DNA of 64,000 bases from Geopsychrobacteraceae bacterium (GTDB lineage Bacteria > Desulfobacterota > Desulfuromonadia > Desulfuromonadales > Geopsychrobacteraceae), in NCBI GenBank assembly GCA_963662315.1, contig OY759353.1:3584001-3648000 (forward strand), given 5' to 3'. The translations under genes were made by a program, and so were the position numbers. This document shows positions 40,269 through 47,652 of this stretch, one piece after another (the first letter of the stretch is position 1; every line of letters starts with the position of its first letter). The notes under the pieces are model-generated. The model did no database searches. It was not told the DNA's origin and saw only the letters and a list, made by a program, of their open reading frames with translations.

Positions 40269-41023
40269 TGAGTTATTCTAGCGGCTATGGTCCCCCGGGA
40301 CCCCAGGAGCGTGAAAAGATGATTGAGATGCATCTATCCCTGGTAGATTTTCTGGTTGATCGCATGATGACCCAGGTTCCGTCCTTTGTCAGTCGTGACG
40401 ACATCCGCAGTGCGGCTCTGATGGGGCTGATGGACGCGGCCAACCGCTTTGATCCACGGCGCGGAGTCCTGTTCAAAACCTTTGCCGAGCGGCGTATTCG
40501 TGGTGCCGTTTTTGACGAGGTCAGAAGGATGGACTGGTTCTCCCGGTCGCTGCGCGAAAAGCAGTCACGCTATAACAAGATGACGGAGGAGCTGGGAAAA
40601 AGGCTGGGACGCGCGCCGGACGACGAAGAAATGGCCATGGCGCTGGAAATGACCCTGGATGAATATCGTGATTTGCAGTTTCAGGTCAGCCAGCTGGGCT
40701 ATGTCAGTCTCAATGAAAATCTGGATGACGATGACGATCAGGGGAAATCGTTTATCGACAACCTTCAGGATACCCGTGTCGAGAGCGTTCAGGACAAGAT
40801 GGAAGCCAACGAATTGACACGCGAACTGGCTGGCTACCTGGATCAGTTGTCTGAAAAAGAACGTCTGGTGATTGCGTTGCTTTACTACGAAGAATTGTCA
40901 CAGAAGGAAATCTCCGAAGTCCTGGAATTATCCGAAGGACGGATTTCGCAACTCCACAGCCAGGCGCTGATCAAGCTGAAAGGCAAAATGAGGAACAGTA
41001 TTAACGCGTTACGGGTTGGCTAG
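40268..41023 (+). CDS. fliA: RNA polymerase sigma-28 factor FliA
   Basis: FKTFAERRIRGAVFDEVRRMDW, SEGRISQLHSQA. Confidence 0.96.
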   Translation: MSYSSGYGPPGPQEREKMIEMHLSLVDFLVDRMMTQVPSFVSRDDIRSAALMGLMDAANRFDPRRGVLFKTFAERRIRGAVFDEVRRMDWFSRSLREKQSRYNKMTEELGKRLGRAPDDEEMAMALEMTLDEYRDLQFQVSQLGYVSLNENLDDDDDQGKSFIDNLQDTRVESVQDKMEANELTRELAGYLDQLSEKERLVIALLYYEELSQKEISEVLELSEGRISQLHSQALIKLKGKMRNSINALRVG

Positions 41024-41025
41024 CG

Positions 41026-41409
41026 ATGATGGTTTACTGGTTGATATTGCTGGCGGTTGCTGCCGTTGCAGCATTTGCCCTGATGCTGAGTGTTCGCTTG
41101 CTGACAGTGGTCAGAAAATTACAGGAGCAGGTCCGGAATTTGCAAAGTACTCAAGACGAGACCCGGGCAGCGTCAACCCCGGTTAGTTTTTCGACCAGCC
41201 TCGGTCAGGCGGAACGCAAAGCGGCAGAAACCCAGGTTCAGTTCAAGGGTGGCTCGCAATCCGACAAATACAGCTATATTGCCTCCATGGCTGGTCAAGG
41301 GCTTGATAGTACGGCTATCGCAGCAACACTGCAGATGTCAGTGGTTGAGGTTGAACAGCTGTTAAGTCTGGCCCGACTCCGCCACGGCGGAAAAAGGCAG
41401 CAGCTCTGA
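41026..41409 (+). CDS. Membrane-anchored hypothetical protein (TM, coiled coil, small C-terminal helical domain)
   Basis: N-terminal TM and C-terminal GLDSTAIAATLQMSVVEVEQLLSL; starts 2 bp after the fliA stop. Confidence 0.75.
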   Translation: MMVYWLILLAVAAVAAFALMLSVRLLTVVRKLQEQVRNLQSTQDETRAASTPVSFSTSLGQAERKAAETQVQFKGGSQSDKYSYIASMAGQGLDSTAIAATLQMSVVEVEQLLSLARLRHGGKRQQL

Positions 41410-41466
41410 AACCCCTAAAGACTTACTGTCAAAAGACCGACAAGAAGGGCAAGTGAGGAAATCGAT

Positions 41467-42195
41467 ATGTCGAGCGGAAAGTACAGCGCCATTTCAGGGG
41501 CCGTTGGCCGTATGGAAAATATGAATCGCATCAGCGAGCAGCTGGCAGCCGTCAAAACGCCGGGATTCAAACAGGGCGTGTCAACCTTTGAAGCAACCCT
41601 GGGGGAAATCAATTCGGGAATGGCCACGAAAGCGACCAACTACACTCAGATAACCAAGCCGGAGATCGATTTCACGCAGGGTCCACTCGAGTATACCGGG
41701 GACCCTCTGGATCTGGCCATCAATGGAGAAGGTTTCTTTCATATTGAACTCCCGAATGGCGATACCGCCTACGAACGTAAAGGAAACTTTCGGCTTAATA
41801 CTGAAGGTCAACTCATTGACACGAACGGTTACCTGGTGCTGGACACGTCAGGAAAGCCGATTACTCTGCTGCAGTCCGACGTACAGATCAACACCAATGG
41901 CGACATCTGGGACGGTGAAACACTGGTGGCCAAGATTGCGGTCATGGCTTTTGCTGACCAATCGGTTCTCAAGCAGGTGCGTGGCGAACTTTATGTTGCC
42001 ACCGATAACAGTGCGCCGACTCTGACCACCGATATGGAATTGCTGCAGAATAATGTCGAAGCGGCCAACGTCAACATGGTCAAAACCATGACAATGATGA
42101 CAGATAACCTGCGGGCATTTGAAGCCACACAAAAAGCCTTGAAAATTTACAGCGATATGGATTCCAAGGCGGCTGATATCGGAACCATTCAGTAA
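41467..42195 (+). CDS. flgF: Flagellar basal-body rod protein FlgF
   Basis: TPGFK, TGDPLDLAINGEGFF, EAANVNMV; precedes flgG. Confidence 0.9.
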   Translation: MSSGKYSAISGAVGRMENMNRISEQLAAVKTPGFKQGVSTFEATLGEINSGMATKATNYTQITKPEIDFTQGPLEYTGDPLDLAINGEGFFHIELPNGDTAYERKGNFRLNTEGQLIDTNGYLVLDTSGKPITLLQSDVQINTNGDIWDGETLVAKIAVMAFADQSVLKQVRGELYVATDNSAPTLTTDMELLQNNVEAANVNMVKTMTMMTDNLRAFEATQKALKIYSDMDSKAADIGTIQ

Positions 42196-42234
42196 CAGTC
42201 GCAACATGACGCCTGGCGTCAAAGGAGATAATAA

Positions 42235-43020
42235 ATGATTAGAGCTCTCTGGACCGCATCATCAGGGATGCAATCACAACAGGTCAATATGGATGTCATT
42301 GCCAACAACCTGGCCAACGTCAACAGTACCGGCTTCAAAAAAAGCCGGGCCGACTTTCAGGATGTTCTCTACCAGACCAATAAGGTTGCCGGAGCTGGCG
42401 GCGAGGGTGGGCAGTCGCCGACCGGGATTCAGATCGGTTTAGGTTCACGGGTTGCTGCAGTTCAGAAACTCTTTACCACGGGTGATTTTCAGCAGACCGA
42501 AAACGAGCTGGATCTGGCCATTGAGGGGCCCGGTTTTTTCCAGGTGACTTTGCCGGATGGAACCAATGCCTTCACCCGTTCCGGTGCGTTTAAGAAGGAC
42601 AGTACCGGGCAGGTCGTTTCTTCAGATGGTTATCCCCTGGTACCGCAGATTGTCATTCCGGAGAACACGACATCGGTTTCCATTTCCGAAAATGGTACGG
42701 TTCAGGTGCTGCTTGATGGAGAGGCTGAACCGACGGAAATTGGCCTCATCGAACTGGTCCGTTTCGGTAACCCAGCGGGGTTAAGCAGCATGGGGCGCAA
42801 CCTCTATGAGCAAACCGCGACCAGTGGTGATCCGATCACCGGTACTGCCGGACAGGAAGGCTACGGTACGCTGTCGCAAGGCTTTCTGGAAGGGTCAAAT
42901 GTCAACATCATGGAAGAGATGGTCAATATGATCGCCGGGCAGCGTGCCTATGAAGTCAACTCCAAGGCGATCCGGACTGCCGACGAAATGTTGCAGATGA
43001 CCAGTGATCTGGTGCGTTAG
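42235..43020 (+). CDS. flgG: Flagellar distal rod protein FlgG
   Basis: IANNLANVNSTGFKKSRADFQD, LEGSNVNIMEEMVNMIAGQRAYEVNSK. Confidence 0.97.
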   Translation: MIRALWTASSGMQSQQVNMDVIANNLANVNSTGFKKSRADFQDVLYQTNKVAGAGGEGGQSPTGIQIGLGSRVAAVQKLFTTGDFQQTENELDLAIEGPGFFQVTLPDGTNAFTRSGAFKKDSTGQVVSSDGYPLVPQIVIPENTTSVSISENGTVQVLLDGEAEPTEIGLIELVRFGNPAGLSSMGRNLYEQTATSGDPITGTAGQEGYGTLSQGFLEGSNVNIMEEMVNMIAGQRAYEVNSKAIRTADEMLQMTSDLVR

Positions 43021-43073
43021 TAGCTGGTTGAGTTTTTAACGCTAACAGTGGGTAACCTTAGGATAGTCATATT

Positions 43074-43796
43074 ATGAAATTTCTGCTGGTCATATTGCTG
43101 GTAATCATAGTCCCTTTCGGTGCAGGTGCCGCGCCATCGCAGCCCGCTAACAATGCCGAAGTGACGATTGATCAGGAAGAAATGACCCAGATCCTGACTG
43201 ATTACCTGGCCGCGGAATCGCGGCAATTTCCTCGCGTCGATCTACGTTTCAAGAATATCGATCTGCCGGATCAGTTCAGTGTTCCCCAGGGGCGGATCGA
43301 CCATCAGGTCATTCCTGCCAACCCGGGGATCATCGGCAGTCGGCGCTTGACCCTGCTGACCCGTGTTGACGGTAACATCGTCAACAACCAGTCACTGAGG
43401 ATCGACTTGGAAGCTATGGCCGAGGTGATTGTCGCCAAGAAGTCCATGCGCCGGGGGACCGTATTAAATGGTGATGATATCGAAGTGATCTATACCGATA
43501 TTTCCAATATTGATGAGCCGATTTTTGCCGAAGAGAGCATCATCGGAAAGCAGCTGAAACGCTCTGTGCGGCTGGGTGACCCTCTGGAACAGAAGGAAGT
43601 TGAGTTTCCCCCGGTGATTAAACGCGGGGAGAAGGTCGTTATAAATGCCAGCAGCAAGGGATTGCAGCTGACTGCAGTTGGCGAAGCGAGGCAGGATGGC
43701 CGTCCGGGGGAAATGATCCGGGTGGTTAACAGCAGTTCCCGCAAAGAGCTGAGTTGTCTGGTGGTGGCTCCTGGCGAGGTGAAAGTGGAGTTCTGA
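43074..43796 (+). CDS. flgA: P-ring formation chaperone FlgA
   Basis: Signal peptide, SAF-like region, IKRGEKV...GEARQDG..GEMIRVVN. Confidence 0.92.
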   Translation: MKFLLVILLVIIVPFGAGAAPSQPANNAEVTIDQEEMTQILTDYLAAESRQFPRVDLRFKNIDLPDQFSVPQGRIDHQVIPANPGIIGSRRLTLLTRVDGNIVNNQSLRIDLEAMAEVIVAKKSMRRGTVLNGDDIEVIYTDISNIDEPIFAEESIIGKQLKRSVRLGDPLEQKEVEFPPVIKRGEKVVINASSKGLQLTAVGEARQDGRPGEMIRVVNSSSRKELSCLVVAPGEVKVEF

Positions 43797-43797
43797 T

Positions 43798-44484
43798 ATG
43801 ACGAAAAAATTAATCTTGCTCATGATCCTGGCCATGACATTAAGCGCCTGCGTTGGTCCGCTCAAGCAACAGGACCTGACTGAAGTGAAACCGGTTGAAC
43901 CGATAATGTATGAGCCGGTGATTCCTAAAACGAACGGTTCTCTGTGGACCGAAGCGCGCGGCAGCATGTTTGGTGACAATAAAGGGCGTACGGTTGGGGA
44001 TATTGTGACCGTGGTTATTTCAGAAAGTGCCAGTGCCAGCAAAGAAGCAACGACCTCAACAGATCGGAAAAGTTCCATGTCTGCCGGTGTGTCGACCTTG
44101 TTCGGCCTGGAACGCAGTATTGGCAGGGCAACGGACCTGGATCCTGCCGCCCTGGTGGATACCTCCGCAACCAATGGTTTCACGGGCTCCGGGAAAACCG
44201 CCCGCAAGGAAAACCTGGTCGCAACCTTGACCACCCAGGTGATTGAAGTGTTGCCCAATGGCAACCTGCGCATCGCCGGTAATAAAACCGTTACTGTCAA
44301 CAATGAAATGCAGATCGTCAAGCTCAGCGGCATCGTCCGGTCCAGTGACATCACGCCTGGCAACCTGGTTGATTCTGCCAGTATTCTGAATGCCCGCATT
44401 GCCTATGTTGGTAAAGGGGTGATCAGCGATAAACAGGGGCAGGGGTGGTTGATGAGGGGGCTAGACCAGGTCTGGCCGTTTTGA
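43798..44484 (+). CDS. flgH: Flagellar L-ring lipoprotein FlgH
   Basis: Lipobox LSAC, VGDIVTVVI, VLPNGNL, C-terminal WPF. Confidence 0.96.
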   Translation: MTKKLILLMILAMTLSACVGPLKQQDLTEVKPVEPIMYEPVIPKTNGSLWTEARGSMFGDNKGRTVGDIVTVVISESASASKEATTSTDRKSSMSAGVSTLFGLERSIGRATDLDPAALVDTSATNGFTGSGKTARKENLVATLTTQVIEVLPNGNLRIAGNKTVTVNNEMQIVKLSGIVRSSDITPGNLVDSASILNARIAYVGKGVISDKQGQGWLMRGLDQVWPF

Positions 44485-44488
44485 GCAG

Positions 44489-44609
44489 GAGTCGATGAAA
44501 AGCACCTGTCTGCTGCGTTGCTTTCACTCGACCTCAACGACGTACTTTTCAGTACGCCTTATTCGGCCGAGCTTCAAGCGCCTTGCATCCAGGCACTTTT
44601 GATCGACTC
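44489..44609. repeat. 121-bp palindromic MITE-like element, ERIC/IRU-like architecture (copy B)
   Basis: Terminal inverted repeats GAGTCGATGAAAAGCACCTG and CAGGCACTTTTGATCGACTC (17/20 match); internal CTGCGTTG...CGTAC-N-GTACG...CGCCTTG. Confidence 0.8.
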
Positions 44610-44643
44610 TCGTGGCAGAGCGGCTAATTGTTTTTTTTGATAA

Positions 44644-44689
44644 CCCTCGCCCTCAAGGGAGAGGGTGGCGCGCAGCGCCGGGTGAGGGG
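44644..44689. repeat. REP-like palindrome CCCTCGCCC-TCAA-GGGAGAGGG-TGGCGCGCAGCGCCGGGTGAGGGG
   Basis: Two short hairpins ending in GGGTGAGGG, a widespread short intergenic repeat layout. Confidence 0.7.
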
Positions 44690-44742
44690 AAAACCCTCTT
44701 TATCTGTAGATTTAAGGCTCTGTCTAAAGCAGGGAGCTTGGC

Positions 44743-45856
44743 ATGAAACAAATCATTTTTAAAAAACTGATGATACTCACGGTGCTGGCTTTAGGAATTC
44801 TAAGCCTGGGAACCGCCCATGCTTCACGTATCAAGGAGCTGGCACAGCTGGAAGGGGCCCCGGGGAAACCAGCTGGTTGGCTATGGTCTGGTGGTTGGTC
44901 TTAATGGGACAGGTGACAGCAACAGTACCGAGTTTACTGTTCAGTCTCTGGTCAATATGATGGAGCGCCTGGGGGTGACGGTTGATCCGGCTGCAGTTAA
45001 AGTCGCCAATGTGGCAGCCGTTGTTGTGACGGCCGATCTGCCTGCTTTTGCCCGGGCCGGAAGTCAGATCGATGTCTCTGTTTCATCAGTCGGTGACGCC
45101 ACGGACCTTGCTGGTGGTACGTTGCTGATGACGCCGTTGAAAGCTGCTGATGGTAATATTTATGCTGTCGCTCAGGGGGCACTGGTGGTTGGTTCTCTGG
45201 CGTTCGGTGGTGAGACGGCCAAGGTGCAGAAAAACCATCCGACGGCAGGGCGGATTCCCGGTGGTGCCTATGTTGAGCGCGAAGTCGATTTTGAGCTTGC
45301 GCTGGGACGGAGTTTGAAATATCGCCTTAAAGATTCTGACTTTACGACGATTTCGCGCATGACTGCAGAGATCAATAAACATTTTGGCGGTCCCTATGCA
45401 AAATCAGTCGATGCCGGTGAGCTAGAAGTCTCACTGCCCAAAGATTACGAGAACCGTATGGTGGCATTTATCTCGGAACTGGAACGGATCGATGTTGTTC
45501 CTGATACGGTAGCCCGGGTGGTTGTAAACGAAAAAACCGGTACCATTGTCATGGGTGACCAGGTGCGTATCTCTACCGTCGCCATCTCGCATGGCAACCT
45601 GAGCATGGTCATTGACCAACAGCTGAACGTGTCCCAGCCAAATCCATTCAGCCAGGGCCAAACAACCATAACCCCTCAAACTCAGGTTGCTGTCAGGGAA
45701 GAAGATGCGAAGTTGATGGTTCTCGAACAGGGGGTCAGTATTGGTGAAGTCGCTGCCGCCTTGAATGCTATTGGCGCATCGCCACGGGACCTGATTGCTA
45801 TTTTCCAGGCGATCAAAGCGGCTGGTGCCTTGTACGCTGATCTGGTTATCCTCTAG
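44743..45856 (+). pseudogene. flgI: Flagellar P-ring protein FlgI, interrupted by one extra base at about 44854-44865 (real or sequencing error)
   Basis: ATG 44743 gives a signal peptide plus SRIKELAQLEG and stops at TAA 44902-44904; the continuation RGNQLVGYGLVVGLNGTGD is in the next frame. Confidence 0.9.
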
Positions 45857-45877
45857 CCCAAACCAATAGGCTAGAGA

Positions 45878-45945
45878 TTTCAAATCTGAAATTTCAGATT
45901 TCAGATCAAACTGTGAAATTTCAAATTTGAGATGTGAAATTTCAC
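45878..45945. repeat. Heptanucleotide tandem-repeat element (second copy)
   Basis: TTTCAAA TCTGAAA TTTCAGA TTTCAGA ... TGTGAAA TTTCAAA TTTGAGA TGTGAAA; preceded by a CTCTAGCC/GGCTAGAG hairpin. Confidence 0.85.
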
Positions 45946-45958
45946 CGATAGGTGAATC

Positions 45959-46264
45959 ATGGACGCACGAATTGATACGGCTGATCTGATCAGTCAGGCG
46001 ACAACGCAGACGAAAACTACGGCCAAGACTAAGGGTAAGAATGAAGCCAAATTGCGTGAAACCGCCCAGGATTTTGAGGCCATTTTTATTCGCCAGATGT
46101 TCAAGGAAATGCGTAATACCGTCCATCATGAAGGGGTTATTGAAACGGATAGCGCTTCTGATACTTACGATCAGATGTTGGATATGGAAGCCGCTCGTAT
46201 CGCGTCCCGCCAGGGAGGGATCGGTCTTGCCGATCTGATGATGCAGCAGTTGATGAAGGACTAA
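45959..46264 (+). CDS. flgJ: FlgJ, rod-binding domain only (no muramidase)
   Basis: LRETAQDFEAIFIRQMFKEMR...GIGLADLMMQQL; 101 aa. Confidence 0.9.
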   Translation: MDARIDTADLISQATTQTKTTAKTKGKNEAKLRETAQDFEAIFIRQMFKEMRNTVHHEGVIETDSASDTYDQMLDMEAARIASRQGGIGLADLMMQQLMKD

Positions 46265-46385
46265 TTTGTTGCCCCTCCGAAAGCTTAAGCCCTCCCGTCA
46301 GGGGGCGGGAGAAAAACTAGATAATTCCCCTATTTCCTGTCCTTTCTTCATTTCCCGCAGCAATTAGAATTTTTCGTAAATTTTC

Positions 46386-46413
46386 TAAAGAAAAAACAGC
46401 GAACTGTCGATAT
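46386..46413 (+). promoter_or_regulatory. Probable sigma28 (FliA) promoter for the late operon
   Basis: TAAA-N16-GTCGATAT versus consensus TAAA-N15-GCCGATAA; lies upstream of the ORF-flgM-flgN-flgK-flgL-csrA-fliW run. Confidence 0.6.
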
Positions 46414-46444
46414 AGTTCCAAAGGGATTTTAACCGGAGGAAAAA

Positions 46445-46990
46445 ATGACAGATCGTATCGATACAAATTATCAGAAAAACACGATCCAGACTCCACTACA
46501 GGAAGAAACCAGGTTGCGTCAGTACGGCAAGGAAGTTGTTGCTGAAGTAACCGACACCGTATCGCTGGGTGCCTCGGAAGAGAGCAGCAAGACTTACGGG
46601 CCGGGATTGAAAGTTGCCTCGGCTTACGAGCTGTTGCGCAACCTGGTGGTCAAAACGCTTCAGGACCAGGGGGTTCCAGCCCAGATCAGCGCCGGGGACA
46701 TGACCTTGGACCTGATGACCATGACACCGGAGGAGGCTCAGGATCTGATTTCTGAGGATGGCTACTTTGGTGTAGAAAAAACCTCAGATCGCATTGTCGA
46801 TTTTGCTATCAATGCATTTGGGCAGGATCCGTCCCGCCTGCAGGAAATGAAAGATGCGATTGATGAGGGTTTTTTTGCTGCGCAGGACGCTTTGGGTGGA
46901 GCGCTTCCGGACATATCACAACAGACCTACGAAGCAATAATGGATAAGTTAGATTCGTTTGCAAGTCAGTTTGAGCAATCGGCAGAATAA
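46445..46990 (+). CDS. Conserved hypothetical protein preceding flgM
   Basis: Strong GGAGG SD; C-terminal ISEDGYFGVEKTSDRIVDFA...GGALPDISQQTY helical domain; no signal peptide. Confidence 0.85.
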   Translation: MTDRIDTNYQKNTIQTPLQEETRLRQYGKEVVAEVTDTVSLGASEESSKTYGPGLKVASAYELLRNLVVKTLQDQGVPAQISAGDMTLDLMTMTPEEAQDLISEDGYFGVEKTSDRIVDFAINAFGQDPSRLQEMKDAIDEGFFAAQDALGGALPDISQQTYEAIMDKLDSFASQFEQSAE

Positions 46991-47005
46991 ATACAGGAGT
47001 CCGTC

Positions 47006-47290
47006 ATGGTTGATAAAATTAATGGAAACAGCGGGTTCGGTCCTCTCGGCAGTGTCAGTCGGACCACTAAAAAGTCCGCAGCAAGCAGTGTCTCGGCCAG
47101 TAAATCGGATAGTATCGATTTTTCCAGTGCCTTGCAGAATGCGACCAAAACGCAGGAAACGACTGCGACCCAGGATAGCGCCCGTGCTGAGAAAATCCAG
47201 GCACTCAAAGCGCAGATTCAGGATGGAACCTACAAGCCTGACCTGGAAAAAGTTGCCGCCAGTGTCCTGCCGTTTCTGGTTAAAGGTTAG
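47006..47290 (+). CDS. flgM: Anti-sigma28 factor FlgM
   Basis: DSIDFS...RAEKIQALKAQIQDGTYKPD..KVA. Confidence 0.92.
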   Translation: MVDKINGNSGFGPLGSVSRTTKKSAASSVSASKSDSIDFSSALQNATKTQETTATQDSARAEKIQALKAQIQDGTYKPDLEKVAASVLPFLVKG

Positions 47291-47295
47291 TCATC

Positions 47296-47649
47296 ATGAC
47301 GCGCGATCAGATCAGAACTCAGCTTGAAACTTTGCTGTCCTTGTTGCAACAGGAGCGTACCTGCGCTCAGGCGCTGGACATGCCGGGTTTGCAGCAGGTG
47401 GTTGAGCAAAAGGCCGCCTTGCTGTCAGAGCTGCAACTCAGCAAAGAAGAGGTTGTCGGCATGGAAGATCTGCTGCGTCAGATCGACAGCGAAAATCGCC
47501 GTAACGCCTTCCTGCTGTGGACCGGGCTTAACTGGGTGCGTGATCTGATGGGATTTTTTGGTAAAGCCGCTATGCCTCAGGTTTATGGTGGTCATGGTTA
47601 TTCCAAGACCCTGAACGAGGGTGGCCGGCTACTGTCCGGAAGGATTTAA
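47296..47649 (+). CDS. flgN: Flagellar export chaperone FlgN
   Basis: Small helical protein between flgM and flgK; ENRRNAFLL...Y motif. Confidence 0.8.
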   Translation: MTRDQIRTQLETLLSLLQQERTCAQALDMPGLQQVVEQKAALLSELQLSKEEVVGMEDLLRQIDSENRRNAFLLWTGLNWVRDLMGFFGKAAMPQVYGGHGYSKTLNEGGRLLSGRI

Positions 47650-47652
47650 GCG

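Noticed and set aside
42207..42221. Perfect palindrome TGACGCC-T-GGCGTCA between flgF and flgG
   Set aside because: Single short occurrence with no second copy seen; cannot be distinguished from chance.
43464..44399. 311-aa antisense ORF over flgA/flgH, and similar long shadow ORFs at 22168-22908 and 36630-37370
   Set aside because: They lie opposite well-conserved genes, show no recognisable motifs, and are explained by codon bias of the sense strand.
44819..44860. ORF-track start MLHVSRSWHSWKGP for FlgI
   Set aside because: No signal peptide and not FlgI-like; the true N-terminus is in the other frame from 44743.
45431..46129. 232-aa minus-strand ORF with repeated EIS.LK peptides
   Set aside because: The periodicity is the translation of the heptamer DNA repeat; the ORF overlaps flgI and flgJ in antisense.
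45959..46264. Short FlgJ as a truncated pseudogene
   Set aside because: Single-domain FlgJ without a muramidase is a known normal form outside beta/gammaproteobacteria.
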